Assembly: GCA_951406725.2 (NCBI GenBank)
Contig: OX597825.1
Coordinates: forward strand, 42,904,001 to 42,968,000
Length of the DNA: 64,000 bases
Direction: 5' to 3'
Source of the DNA: Octopus vulgaris
Taxonomy: Eukaryota
The position numbers and the translations under genes were made by a program. Under the pieces are notes generated by a model. The model was not told the DNA's origin, ran no database searches, and saw only the letters and a program-made list of their open reading frames with translations. Positions 26,132-40,490 of this stretch are shown in pieces (the stretch's first letter is position 1; every line of letters begins with the position of its first letter).

Positions 26132-28283
26132 GTGTGTGTATATGTAACAAAAGAAGAACAATCTATGACTCTTATGGATTTGAATGACTTAGAAGGCTTA
26201 ATCAATGACCCAAGACGTTGCACAATGTTAAGATCATCTTAAACCACTTAGTTTGAAAGCCTATAATACACACATACACAGTAGCACATAGATATACGCA
26301 TAAAGTGAAAATGTCATAAAGTAACACCAATAAATTAATAAGATTTTACAGAAACATTTATTCCGATTTTCGTGATGTTGCATGTGGATAGCAGTAAAGG
26401 TTTATAATGCTACAGATGATCGCATACAGTTTATATAGTTGATTATGTTATAGCTAATAAAGAGTTATTTTCTCATATCTAGCTATCTGTTATATAAAGG
26501 TGAATATTTAAAATAGTTAGATTATGATTTTTGATTTATAAATATGAGATATAAATAAAAATAGATACGAATACAGATGTAAAAACTGAGGCAAAGTTAT
26601 AGAGAAAGAAGGACATAAGAAACGGAGCATTGCTAGAAGCAAAATGATATGCAAAGGAAAAATAAAAATGAAATACAATTAAGAGAATGAAACAAAAAGA
26701 AAAACTAAATGGTGGAAGTGGTGATATAGAAATTAACTGTTGCTTATCACACAATTAGACTCATGCATTAAGAATCAATGATATACTTTTTGCACCAGGT
26801 AAATCCAATATTCAGTTTAAAAGTCGCAAGCACAAATTTAATGCGTACCGCATTGTAGGCCGATTAACTTGGTAATAAACGGCGTGCTTGTAGATATTAA
26901 ACATATTTTAGTTGAGAATAACTTAAAAAGTAGTCATGCCATCTGCTTCGATTTATAGAAAAAATAATTCTCCTTTAAATAATTGGGTCAGACAAATACA
27001 TATTTGATATAATTGTAAATTTATCTGGTTTCACATTTACCCATAATTTCTCTTGAATGCTAAAGAGATTGGCATCAACTTTACCCTTAAAATCATTCTG
27101 GAATTAATGTTATTAATTATGACCGACACTCCTTACCATTTTGATGGCATTGATGGAGATGATGCCTTGTTAATTTCCCGCTATATAAAGTGCATCACTT
27201 TGATAGCAGTCATTGGTTGAATTCGGAAGACCATATACAAGAAAAAGTAAATCGTTCTGTTTGTGTAATTTTGGCAACTTTTTTTTATCTCAAGTTGGTA
27301 AATAGCGCAACGAACTCATTTTGAAGAGCAGTCATGAAAATAATTTCATTTTTTAAATCTTATTTTAAATTCTTATTTTCTGTCCTTTTCTCTTTAGTAT
27401 TTGTATATAAATTTACGAGTAACTATTTCTCACCACCCCTAGGCTTTCAGACATTAACATCCTTTCCTTTGTCACTTTTTTCCTTTTTGCTTTTTGCCCA
27501 CAACGCGCGATATTCTTATAGCTTTATATATTCTTATGCATTTACGTTGCGCATAGTGAGATGTCGTAAATTTATATATTATTATTAATTTATTTTGATC
27601 TCAAACATGTTTTATCTATTGTATTGTTGTATCTTACGCACTGAACGTTCGAAAATTCGCTAGCTCCAATTTTTTCCTTTTATTCCTTTTCTTCTACAAC
27701 AGCAACACTACTACTCCATATTTTTACTTTTACATCTTTTTATATTTGCCTTCCTCTACAGTTTCAATTTATGCTCTTTATAGTTATCATTGTTCTGCCT
27801 TCTCGTTTCCTTTAGTTCCTTTTACGTTTTCGTAATCGTTTTGCATTCTTTCCTTCCTGTTTTAAATGTTCGTTTGTATTTTACAACTCCGTGACACTTA
27901 TTTTCTTGTCTACATCCATATTTATATCTTTGCCTCACAGTATTCTTGATTTATTCTTATTGATTTATTTCTATTAGGTATATTTAGATATATTTTTTCC
28001 TGTTTACCTCTATAGCTGTCAATTGTCAAATTTAAGCAATTCTAAATGCTACGACTTACATTGTATACTTTTAAAGTATAAAACCTCATTTTATAAGCCA
28101 TGTTTAAGCCAATGATATAACATTTATGCAAGATGGACATTAGATTAAAATCTGAGTGGAAAAAAACGTGAAACTTTGCGTAAGGACAGTGCAAAATAAA
28201 ATTTACGTTGTTAATATTTACACATGCGGATTTATACAAATACTGTATGTGCATACTTGTATACATACATATATGTGCATACA

Positions 28284-28475
28284 GGGGTTGCTGTGTGGTA
28301 AGTAGCTTGGTCACCAACCACATGGTTCCTGGTTCAGTTCCACTGCGTGGCAACTCTTCTTATTATAGTCGGCCGAGGCTATAATTTATGACTGGATTTG
28401 GTTGACGCATACTGAAAGATGTCGTCGTATATATATATACACACATATATAGATGTCGTAAATATATATACACGC

Positions 28476-28552
<77 letters not shown>

Positions 28553-28775
28553 ATGCGTGTGTGTATGTTTGTGTGTCTGTATTTGTCCCACCAACATCGC
28601 TTCACAACCGATGCTGGAGAGTTTACATCTCCGTAATTTAGTGGTTCGGCAAAAGTGACCGATAGAATAGGTACCAGACTTACAAAGAATAAGTCCTGAG
28701 GTTGATTTGCTCGACTAAAGGCGGTGCTCCAGCATTGCCGCAGTCAAATGACTGAAACAAGTAAAAGAATAAAAG
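28284..28775 (+). mobile_element. tRNA-derived CORE-type SINE with internal (TA)/(GT)n and LINE-like 3' tail
   Basis: Head gctgtgtggtaagtagc...ggttcagttccactgcgtggca (A/B boxes), internal microsatellite, tail ggcggtgctccagcattgccgcagtcaaatgactgaaacaagtaaaaga. Confidence 0.85.
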
Positions 28776-28776
28776 A

Positions 28777-28813
<37 letters not shown>

Positions 28814-28830
28814 CGTGCGTATGTGTATAT

Positions 28831-28872
<42 letters not shown>

Positions 28873-29054
28873 TAAATAAATGATACAACGAAGTATCGAT
28901 ATTTACTGGAAAATAGCGAACGTAATAAATACGACGCTAATGTATAGCTTCACTGCGTATGTACTAGTAAAGATGCGTGCGTGCAACAAACATGAAAAAA
29001 ATGTCTTACCTCTAGGAAGAACATCTGAAAAAAGAAAAACCTAGATAACGGATA

Positions 29055-29127
29055 ATGCAGTACTGGTTTCGGATTTTTCAAAATACGAATGCCAATCGTA
29101 TAATTGATTTATCTTCATCAGCTGCAT
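29055..29127 (-). ncRNA. Type I hammerhead ribozyme motif
   Basis: Minus strand: atgcag-CTGATGA-agat...atcc-GAAAC-ca-GTA-ctgcat. Perfect 6-bp stem I, intact core, GUA cleavage triplet. Confidence 0.75.
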
Positions 29128-29176
29128 AAACCACAACAATATTTCAAATGTTGCCATCTATGCCAGTATATATATC

Positions 29177-29211
<35 letters not shown>

Positions 29212-29224
29212 TCTATCATTTTCT

Positions 29225-29440
29225 TTTATTCTTTTACCTGTTTCAGTCATTTGACTGCAGCCATACTGATGCACCACCTTTAGTCGGAGAAATCGTCCCC
29301 AAACTTATTTTGTTAAAGCGTGGTACTTATTCTATCGGTCTTTTGCTGAGCCGCTATGTTACAGGGACGTAGCATACATACCTACACTGCTTTTCAAACG
29401 GTTATGGAAGGACAACCACAGAAACAAAAAATATATATAC

Positions 29441-29538
<98 letters not shown>

Positions 29539-29705
29539 TGCGGCGGGCTCCTTTCAGTTTCTGTCAACCAAATTCACGTACAAACTTTGTTCGGCCCGAG
29601 GCTATATTAGAAGCCACTTGCCCAAGGTGCCACACAGTGGGACTGAACCCGGAATTATGTGATTGGAAAGGAAGCTTCTACTTTCCACACAGCCAAGCCT
29701 GTGCC
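29225..29705 (-). mobile_element. CORE-type SINE, inverted relative to 28284-28775
   Basis: cacttgcccaaggtgccacacagtgggactgaacccgg (CORE and B box, reverse complement) and tail tgtttcagtcatttgactgcagccat. Confidence 0.85.
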
Positions 29706-29738
29706 TGTACAGATACATGTGTACATGCATGCAAAGTC

Positions 29739-29776
<38 letters not shown>

Positions 29777-29912
29777 TGTGAGTTCGTCTGCGGGAAACGT
29801 TTTGAATATGGATATAAAATCTCTTATTCTAATATGCCAGCTACACCGTAATGATGTCAACTAGCGATAACCAGATTTTGGGGCTCACACCGATTTTTGC
29901 CGATATAATTGG

Positions 29913-29919
29913 AATAATA

Positions 29920-29999
<80 letters not shown>

Positions 30000-30048
30000 G
30001 ATGATGATGTTGATGATGATAATGATGATGATGATAATAATAATAATG
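29913..30048. repeat. (AAT)n/(GAT)n microsatellite
   Basis: Direct reading; it produces the poly-Ile and poly-Leu ORFs. Confidence 0.95.
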
Positions 30049-31160
30049 ATCCTTGGATGGAATTTGTAAAATATCCTAATGCATCGCTATATGCGTTTTC
30101 ACAAATCACATCCTTCTTAAGATCATAGTCCGTATTCCTGGGATGATTACAGAGCAGTCCTTAGTATCGATGGATATGGGGTAGATAATGGCCATGCAGT
30201 CATTTCTTCGGGCTATATAGCATTAACGTATGTGCATCTGTGGGTTGTTTTAACCAATGGAAAAATTGATTGAGGTATGTGTCTATTAGGTGGGGAGGGG
30301 TAGAAGGTGATGGTAAGAGAGGAAGAAATGGTAGTTATAAAGAGATGGAGATGTGTGTGGTGATGTTGGGTTATTTTGATATTTGAGTATGCAAGATGTC
30401 AGGCTGGGTCTTTTAGTTCTTTGGTGTGACCTTATTTGCAGCACGCGACTCCTCGATGAATCAGAAGTAGTCGGGTCAGCAGGTACAGCAATTTAGTTGC
30501 TGGAGTTCATTATCTAATTTGACAAATGATATTTTTTTAAAATTACATTTTAATTACTTTTGGTGGTATAATTAGTCATACAAAACCTTATAAACCTATG
30601 ATACCCAGAGTAAGTCTAAAAAACTATAAAGAAAACCTCCAGTATAAAACTAATATGCTCATCTAAATCTGATACAAGTAGAATTAGAAAAGCAATAATA
30701 GATAAGATAATACCAAAAGTAAAATGTGTAACCAAACTCAAATTGTGATCTAACACCACCGAAGTAATCACATGGTTTAAAAGCCTGGGGAACAAAAACA
30801 TGATCAAATTTGTGCATCTAGATATATCGAACTACTACCAGTTCATAAACCCACTTGTACTAAACAAAGAATTATCATTCACAAGAAGCAACTCCGACCT
30901 CAGTAGAAAAGAAATAGATGTGATTTTAGCGGCTAAAAGCACTATAATATAACACGGAGGTAAACTTCGAACCCGGTTAGATAGTGAAGATTCATTCGAA
31001 ATAGCAATGGGTTCTGGCGAGTCGGTGCAAGTGACGGATATAATAGGAATATACCTATTATCACTAATAGCGTCTTGGCTCCCGAACCAAGAAACATGTG
31101 ACTTGTGGATATGCATATAGCGATGCATGAAAATATTTATAAATTCCATCCAAGAATTAT
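30048..31160 (+). mobile_element. Penelope-like element RT fragment bounded by inverted terminal segments
   Basis: About 30640-31110 translates to KLICSSKSDTSRI...SNTTEVITWFKSL...FVHLDISNYY...SFEIAMGSGESVQVTDIIGIYLL, matching the PLE RT motif [22 protein letters not shown]. gcatatagcgatgcat...aaattccatccaag occurs at 31113-31154 and inverted at 30052-30094. Confidence 0.75.
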
Positions 31161-31166
31161 AATTTT

Positions 31167-31197
<31 letters not shown>

Positions 31198-32749
31198 ACT
31201 ACTACTACTTCTACCACTACTGTGTGTAAAGGTTTATATTTGCATACAAATACAAATTTACGTATGTATGTTGTTTTGTCTTGGGTGGATTCATTATGTC
31301 AATAATAATAAGCATACGCACTGGTTCAATATCACTGGTTTAATTTCACTGGTTCAATACAGCACCAATATCATCACTCACGCAATATGTGTGTGTGTTT
31401 GTATTTCACCCTGCTCTCATTTTAACGTATATATGCGAACGTTCGTCTGTGTGGTGAACATGTGTGTGCAGGTATAGGCAGGGTTATAAAGAGTAGGGTT
31501 AGAATAAAGAGAACAAAGTGCAAGAAAATTCATACAAAAGTTCTAATACATAACCATATGTCGGATAGAGGTTTAAGGAGAACATGCTATATAAACGACA
31601 GCAAATATAAAAACTGTGTTGATGTATAACTTTCCATCTTTATTTTAATCATCTTGTACACACACACAAACACACACACACATTTTCTTTCATTTCCAAT
31701 GTATTATTAATTTTAGGCATTTTGACTGAAATTGTAGCTGCTACAATAATTAATGCTTCTATGTATGACCTGGAAATTCTCTCTTTCTAATTTTGCAATG
31801 TTTGCGTTCTTATTGTCAATAAACACTAAGTTAAGAAAAAGATTAAATAAATTTAAACTAAGATGGTAATTGCGACAGTTCCAAGAAAACCTATATAGAA
31901 ACAAATATAATTTCCAAACAAGCTTAATTAGTAATGTTTTGTGTGTTTTAGCTCTTTCTCTAGAAATAAATCCTTAGAATCCGAAATTAACTTGTAGATT
32001 GAAAAGATATCAATCGAATTTAGGACTCTGTAGAAACGAGTCTGGTCAGATAGGGATTTGAAACTGTCCAGCAAGCTTTGCCTAAACGAGATTTGCCTTA
32101 TGGCATTTCTAGTATGTTGTGGCGAGACGTTAATGTCTGTCAGTTCTGCTGCATCCAAATTTCATCCTGGTTCAAAACCTATCCATGTAGCTTTATTCAT
32201 GGTGTTGCTACTATTAAAGATTGAAGATTCAAACTCTAAAGATTGTTAAATAGGCTGAAAGAAGTTATTACCTAATAAAACTAGAAAATGAATTGAAGGT
32301 AAATAACGAAATGAGAGAAAACGGGTTACTGCTTGCAACTACGTAACTTATGTCATTAACAGTAGACACCAACTAATTAAAATTAAGAGAGTTTAGCGTA
32401 TTGAGTGTAAATATTTAATGTTTAAACACATACAAAATACAAATACAAAATATAAACACACACACAAATACATACACACATAATTAGAATAGAAATATAC
32501 ATACAAATGCAGAAATGATAGTCTGCTTACACACACACGCACACACACACACACACACACACATACACACACACAAGCACGCATACATACGCACACATAT
32601 TTATACCTATATATGTGTGTGTGTGTATGAATGATATATGTATATATATGTAAATTTATATGTGAACTGAAAAGAAAATGAGAGATCAATTGGCACTGCA
32701 TTGGTTTATAATTGCATTTTCATTATATATGTATCAATATATGTAATGT

Positions 32750-32815
<66 letters not shown>

Positions 32816-34538
32816 TAGAGTATATATGATATATGGATTCGTATACAACTAGATAGATATATAAGTAGATAGATAAACAGTGCCAAACAGACAGATAGAT
32901 ATATAGACATGCATATGTATATACAAACGTATATATATATATATATCTGAATGTATATACGCACATATACACATATACTACACACAAACATACTTACATA
33001 CGCAGATATGTTTGCTGTAGTAGAGTGATCAGTACTCGTGTATTTATGCGTTCGTAGGAGTGTTGTTGTATGTGTGAGACTTGATTTGATTGAGTAGAAT
33101 TTTATAGGCGAAATTGTCCTTGTCCGAATGACGTAGAACTCTCTAGACATTTGAGGTCATAAACGATTATTACTTTTCTTAACAACAGTTTTCTCTTCTG
33201 TTTTGATGAAGTGAAAGCTTAGTGAAAAAGTGCTGAGGCAGGAGATAAGATTAGTTGGGGAATGTGCAGTGAACCAGCTATGCACATCAAAAAGAAAGTT
33301 TAAAAGTTTCCAGAAAAGCGACGTTTCAAGGGAATGTATTAACGAACCGAACATCATTGGTATTTTCTAGACAAGACATTGACTAATGTCATTCTAGGTC
33401 CGCTTTTTATATCTGTTCTATTTGGTGCATATACAGTGTCAATGAAATAGAATATATTGAATAGTTCTGAAACGTATTTAGTTCATTGTGTTTGATTATT
33501 CTCGTTTGCACCGGCTTTTAGTATTCATTATTGTCGAATGTCCCATTGACATATTTAGCAATAACGAATTAAAACCTGTTATTGATCGTTTCCATTTATT
33601 AATTTAATTATCTATTTACTTGTCATTCGTGTACACTCACGTACACACACGCGTATACACATATTTAAACACATACAGACAATATGGAAATATCATGCCT
33701 TCGAATTTCAGATCGACAAAGAACAACAGATACACTGACAAGATTCAAATCAGGCGTCCGCTCTACCTTTTATCAGAGAAGAGGAGGACAGGGCATAGGT
33801 TATACGTTAATGCTATTTATTACTAATTTAATTGATAAAAAAATGAATCTAATGCTCTGTGGTACACGCAGCTAGTGATAGAAAAGCGGTTCAAGACGCG
33901 CCAATAGATATTTACAGCATTTACTGTGTGTATCTAAGCATGCTTACATATATACATATTTGCATACATGCTTTATATCTGTCTGTCTCTCTAAACTATT
34001 ATATGCGTATAGCTACACACGCATATACACACATCTATCTATGCTTGTATGTATGCGTGCGGGTATGTGTGCGTTAGATTTCTCATAGTTATTCAGAGAA
34101 GCAGTCTCGCTATAACACAATATCAATATCTACTATCACTACATTGCTCTATCTACCCACAGTAGAAGTACTAAACAACAACGAGTACAATGTAAATGTC
34201 CTGATGCATCACAATGTACAAAGCATTCCATCTATTAAAGTCCTAAGATTAATGGTTCCACACAATGATGTTGGATAAACGAACAGATTCGCCCTCACAA
34301 AATTCACCTCACTAACTTCCTCTTAATATCATGAATATTTGAGACTCTACCACCATTTGCATAGACTACACAAACCGAAGTAAGGCAGAATTTATTTTCT
34401 TTCATTAATCCCTAAAGGGTATACTATGGCAAATGTCATCTACTATAATGCCGGACTGACAAATGCTCCGTGAGTAAATGTAGTAGATGAAAACTGTTCT
34501 GTGGAATACCTTCTCCTAAATATGTATGTACACACACA

Positions 34539-34569
<31 letters not shown>

Positions 34570-34699
34570 GTATATGTATATACAGACATGACATAAGTAA
34601 ATAGACACCTCATAAAACACCGTTTTATGTTTATTCTAACTTGTGAAGGTTTATAATTTCTGTTAATTGGCATTTTTGTGTTTCAGGTTCTATATGTGA

Positions 34700-35640
34700 C
34701 TGTTTAATCATGGCATGTACAAAATAAGTATTGGAACAGTCTGGATTTCAAAGAGGATATATTGTGTGTCAATCTGAAGGTTGACGTACCGCAGAAAAGC
34801 TTGGGGTCTCACTTTCTACAGTTCATATAGTGATTGTGCAATTCATCAGAAAAGGGGAAGGAGTCTACATCACTTCGTCCAGGTTGTCCAAGGCTCTATG
34901 ACAGGACCCTTCCCTTTTGTTAAGAGAAGTGTGGAGAATAATCCTCGTTGCAAGGCCTCTGACATAGCAGAACACGTTGATGTCAGTCCCAGAACAGCTG
35001 TCAGCAAGAAGGAAGTCACTTTTTTGAACAACCAATATCAAGCGGAGAAAAGATTACGCCAATGAGATAGGGGCTAGGCCACTAGCTTTTTAGGACACTG
35101 TCATATTCTCCACTGAGTCCAGATTTGCTGTATTTTCTGACAGTGATCGAGTGTGAGTCTGGATGCTCTGTGATCTGGAAAGATTGCGACCAACAATAAA
35201 ACATGGCATCTATTCTGTGATGGACTGGAGAGCAATTTGGAACAATGGTCAATCAGAGCTGGTGAGAGTGATGGAAACAAAAACTCAGACAAATATATGT
35301 CCTATTGCAGAAAGGACTCCTTTCAATCTTCTCTAATGATGAAATGATTAAAGAAGATTCTTTATTTATGGAATAAGTGGCTCCTTGTCACACGGCTAAA
35401 ATGACCCAAGATTTGTTGGATGAGAATGGCTAAGCCAGTCACCAGATATGACCCCTATTGAACACATCTGGAGCATAATGGACAGGACTCTTCATAAAAC
35501 GAACAAGAATGCATCTTCAAAACCTGATCTTCGGAGATTACTGCATGAAACTTAGCAAGAAATTCCTCGAGAGAATATTCATCATCAGATCATTAACATG
35601 CCTAATAGGGTCCTTCTATTGAAAAATGTAAGGGGTAAGG
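34700..35640 (+). mobile_element. Degenerate Tc1/mariner transposase
   Basis: HTH-like AEKLGVSLSTVH, KRSVENNPRCKASDIA, FSTESRF (cf. FSDESRF), APCHTAK and SPDMTPIEHIW (cf. SPDLNPIENLW). Many stops and frameshifts; TIRs not identified. Confidence 0.8.
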
Positions 35641-36471
35641 TTATTAATCTCTACGAAGCTGGTTATTTTACATTTCGTTACTCTCTCGAAGAGCTTAGTA
35701 ATATGAGGAGGTTAGTAAATGAACAACGTGTTTAATTTTTTGTTTTGTTTTTTTGAAAACGGTATAACTGAGTGCGAAAATATTCAATTATTTAACGTTT
35801 GTTCAGCGAATTTTTCCAGATATTAGCTAGAAGCAATACATGGTTATATTTACTTATTTTAGAAAACAACAGCGTAAAAGGTAAAGAGATTATCTTTAGC
35901 TGCACTGCATTCTCGTACAGTTGAGAACTCAGTAATAATTCACTTAATTGCTGTAAAAGTGCAAAGCAAAACTATTATAATGAGTGTATAAATAGATCAA
36001 GCAACATACTGGGACAATCTGTGCCCGGACGTAAAGTATTTTGCGGTAAAACAATTACAAGCAACATTTGTTCAGTACAGAAAGAAAATTAATGAATGCG
36101 ACTGATAAAAAGAAAAGATGGAATTAATTTTCTTCAACACAGCGCAGACGAAAATGTAAAAACTGATTTATCTAGAATACTGTGTGGTTTCACTGATAAC
36201 GATATTACTACGGAGAGTATTTCACCTGTCAGCCAATCTACATTACAAATGAAGACAACTATAACTACAACGATTACTAGCAAGCACAATTTTAATGCTC
36301 ATTGCAGCGGTAATCAGCAATATGTACCGTTGAAATATACCCTTAAGAAAAATTGTCAAAAGAAAGCCATTTATGTAGTGGAATTCTTTTAGAAAATATT
36401 TTGTAAGAAAATACTGTTTCTTTGAAAGAGTGTTCTCTACCGAAGTAAACAAAAGACCAATAGAAATAGTA

Positions 36472-38392
36472 TTAATCCTCCGATAGTGCGGTGAGGTATC
36501 TCATACCCCAGGTGATGTTTGTATATGTCTATATTACATCTGGCAGCTGTGATACTGCTTTCCATCCATGTAATTTCTTGGCACACTCCACTGAGTTAAT
36601 GCACAACTCCACTCAATTACTTGCTGAGTGATGAGAAATGTACACATGTCTTTTCTTTCAGATTCACAACTGACTACGAAAGAAAAATGGACAAATTGAG
36701 ATTAATGGTTTTGAGAGAATTAGGCATAGAAAAATCGGGATCATATCTTGATGAAGAATCAGATGACGAGGAATCTGAAGGGGAAGAAAAGAGTATAGCT
36801 CATGAAGAAACAACAGATGAAGAAGAAATGACAGATGAAGAGGAGGGAAATGAAGCAGATGGCAAGTTGCAGACTTCACCAGATGATACTGTAGAAGAAA
36901 CAGATGAAGCTAACGATGAAGATGAACAGCGGTCTACCAGGAACTTAGAAAAATAGATTATAGGCAAAAATAATAAAACTCGCTGGAAAGAAGTTCCCCC
37001 ATGTCTTCTACGGCACACAATATATACCAGGATTTACCTGGACCAAGAGGAACAGCAAAACATGTGTATGCTGAAAAAGACTGCTGGTCTTAGTTTCTCA
37101 AACAAAGAACTTCTGAATGTATTAGTAGTTTGCACTAATATCTACATTGACAATAAACAAGGAAAATATAAATATAAATCAAAAGTGAGACATACTAATG
37201 AAAGGAAGATGAAAGCTGCATTAGTACTGCTTTATCTATTAGGAGTTCTTAGAGCTAACAGAATGAATATGGAAGATGTTTGGGCAACTGATGGTACAGG
37301 AGTTGAACTTTTCCCCGCAACTATGCCTTTGTAGCGTTTTCATTTCCTGCTTATGTCTATGAGGTTTGATGATATCCACACCCAGGCTGAAAGGAGACTA
37401 GAAGATAGGTTTCCATCTTTTAGAAAGTTCTTTGAGAAATTTGTTGATAATTGTATCTCCAGTTATAATGTCTCAGAGTATATGACAGTAAATGAAATGT
37501 TGGCTGCCTATAGAGGGAAATGTCCATTCAGGGCCTACATGCCAAGTAAACCATCAAAATATGGCATAAAATATCTGCAGATGTTAAACCGTTCTATGAG
37601 TGACGTTTGAAAATTTATTTGGGGAAACAACCAGAAGGGCTTTCTATAGTAGATAACTCAGGAGAAACAGTGGTAAAACGTTTCGTATCTCATATTACTT
37701 TCTACAACAGTACCAAAGGAGGGATAGACACCGTGGATCAGCTGTGTTCCATCTACAATGCTTTCAGAAATACTCGACGTTGGCCAGTTGCAGTTTTCTA
37801 CACCATACTCAATGCTGCAGGAATAAATGCATGCAATATATTCTTGACAAACTCTCAAATAACTATCAGGCGCCGAAAGTTTCTGAGGGAATTGAGACTC
37901 AAGTTAGTGGAGAACCATTTCCAGTATCGCAAGACAAACCCATATTTTAGGAAAGACTTGAAAAGGATGATTCAACATTTCTCAGCCTCTAAGGAATTAC
38001 TTCCAAAACATTATCGTGAAGATTCCGAAAATATTCATTGTGCCCCAGGTCTAAAGATCGTAAGACAAGAAATTGCTGCAAGAAGTGCTACAATCCCATC
38101 TGCTTGGAACATGCTAAGTGCATTTGCATTGACTGTTTTGCTCTGAGTGATGCGGATGATAGTGCAAACAATGAGTAAACAGTAAATATGAAAGGGGTAT
38201 TCTTCCCCTTAAAAAAACTTTTTTGTTTGATCTTCATTTTCAAAGAGTACTCGTTTGGTTTTGTTGTTAACGTTAAATAAATATAAGAATATGTATTTTG
38301 GTAATATACATAAGAGCACATATAAAGTTATAAAAAGTGCTAAAAGTAACTAAAACTATGAGTGGGGTTCTCCGTACCCCACCGTACTAACC
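36472..38392 (+). mobile_element. piggyBac DNA transposon (PGBD4-like transposase pseudogene, internal deletion)
   Basis: TTAA at 36472. Left TIR tagtgcggtgaggtatctcatacccca matches inverted tggggttctccgtaccccaccgtacta at 38363-38389. Acidic N-terminus, WATDGTG, MRFDD, YMPSKPSKYGIK, YNSTKGGIDTVDQ, RRWP and a C-terminal Cys-rich domain. Confidence 0.9.
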
Positions 38393-38699
38393 ATGAAAAA
38401 TACAGAACTGTACTACCGGAAGGTTCAGAGCAATTTGGGAAATTGAAGAAGAATAGCAACAATACAACGTAAACATAATTCTGACATATTAACACCTGTT
38501 TATACGCTTTGTTAAATACGTGGAAGATATTCGAGAAGTAAACAAAACCGAAATGACATAAAAGTGCCATCATGGGTTATGACGACAGGTAAGATCAACT
38601 GTTGGTTCATGGAAGACTATCAGTCATGTGATGACACTTATTGTACGAAAACAAAAGATTACTATACGCTTCCCAAACAAAATGTGAAGATACAAGTAA

Positions 38700-40490
38700 T
38701 GTTCCGAAATAGTAAAAAGAGAAATCTCGATCACAAACTGACTTCCCCACTCGAACAGAGGAAATTTACTAAAATAAAAACAACATCTAATTTAACTGAA
38801 ACCAGTAAGCGGTTAACTGAGACAGAAGAGGACAAACGATATCATAGAAGTCACTTTCCGAGATGTAAACACCTGTAAAACAAACTGGAGCGAACAAATC
38901 CTAGTTACTGAACGTGCGTTACACCTAAGACATGTGGCATCAATAGTGATAGTCTTGCGACTGTAAATCAAAGACAGCAAGATGGCAAATGGCCAGGAAG
39001 AGAGTTGATTGTTGGATACGGGCAAAGCATCTGACCTTCCACCGACCGTAACTTATCAACCTGTTTCAGCAAGCTCTCTGGCAATATTAGCATACCATAC
39101 TGGTTGGCTCTGGCAGAAACAAAAATGATCCACCAAAATATAACCACGCATATAGCGAAGTACTACCGGCCAATTGCATGCAAGAATGTAATGTGTAAAA
39201 TATATACATCTTGTTTAAACCTATTTCTCCAAGACCATTGTGAAAATATCATTACAGTAAAACAAGCATTGGGCAGAAGGTTGATTGAGTATATACCGTT
39301 CAGTTAGTTATCAACAAACTGTAATGTCAGAGGTGAGGCAGCATAGGAGGCAACTGGTTTCAATGTGATTGGACTATAAAAAATATTTTGATTCCGCCCC
39401 CCATATGTGGATGGTAGAATCCCTTCGATTTTCTAAAGTTCCAGAGAACATAATCAAAGATATATTCTACCTAACCTCATCTTCGCCACAAACTTAAAGT
39501 TCAAAACAAAGAGCGAACGTATTATCACTGTTAAAATACAGTATCGCAGAGAACACAATGTTTCTGTGATGCTGTGTTCATAATTCCCCCTGTCCTTCAT
39601 GTTAAGGAAATGTGAAGGGTATCTCCTTAGTTCACAGGAAGAAAAAATGTCCGTAGTCGATGATGTCACAATGTATGTCACAAATATGCATGATATGGGG
39701 AAAAAGCCATAATCTGGTTACAGCATTCACAAAGAATATATGGAGTTTGATAAAGATAAATGTTTAATGGTTGCAAAACGAGAGAAAACTGCAAACCAGA
39801 CTGGCAGCATTTCCATCAATGACCTGAATGTTTTTTGTGATATCTGACAGGGACTTCTATAGATATCTAAGGTAATATGAAAATATTTCTTAGAACGAAA
39901 CCTTTAAGGAATATAACAACCGTATAAGAAAATTATGGACCTCAGAATTCTGTGTACCATAGTATAGTGTCTCTCAATGTATTTATAGCGACAATGTGAC
40001 AATCTCATACCAGCATCTGGGCTACATGATTGGATGTATGATGAGATCTGAGCATTTAAAATGTGAACCCTAAAAATACTGACCAGCTTAAATCCCTTTG
40101 ATATCAACAGTAATGTAGAATGCCTCTGCCTAAAACGAAAACAAAAGACAGAGCCTTAGAGTCAGATAACTTTTGAATGTCACATCATATCCTTTCGCAA
40201 CATCTTTTAACCACTAGGTGTCGAAGTGTATCCCTTGATCATGTCCACATATACGAAGCAGTTAACATCATATGACCTAGTAAGCATCTCCTCAAGAAAC
40301 AGCCTCAAATACATCTTTGAAGACGTCATGAGACTAGCTGAGTGTATCATCAGATAAAAAGATGTGTGCATGCCGAGAGGAGAGTATGCATGGATATGTT
40401 AAAAGAAAGCCCCAGGATGACAGTAATATTGAAAATCAGTTCAGTTGGTCTTGGTTCAACAATCGGACCGCTATGTCTTATATTGAAGGC
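38700..40490 (+). mobile_element. Highly degenerate R4/Dong-like non-LTR retrotransposon RT
   Basis: AKYYRPIACKNVMCKIYTSCL (39150-39220), DYKKxFDSAPHMWMVESL (about 39370-39425) and YRYL (about 39860). Many stops. Confidence 0.65.

Noticed and set aside
36621-36956. Acidic 111-aa ORF as a host gene
   Set aside because: It is the acidic N-terminus of the piggyBac transposase inside the TIRs.
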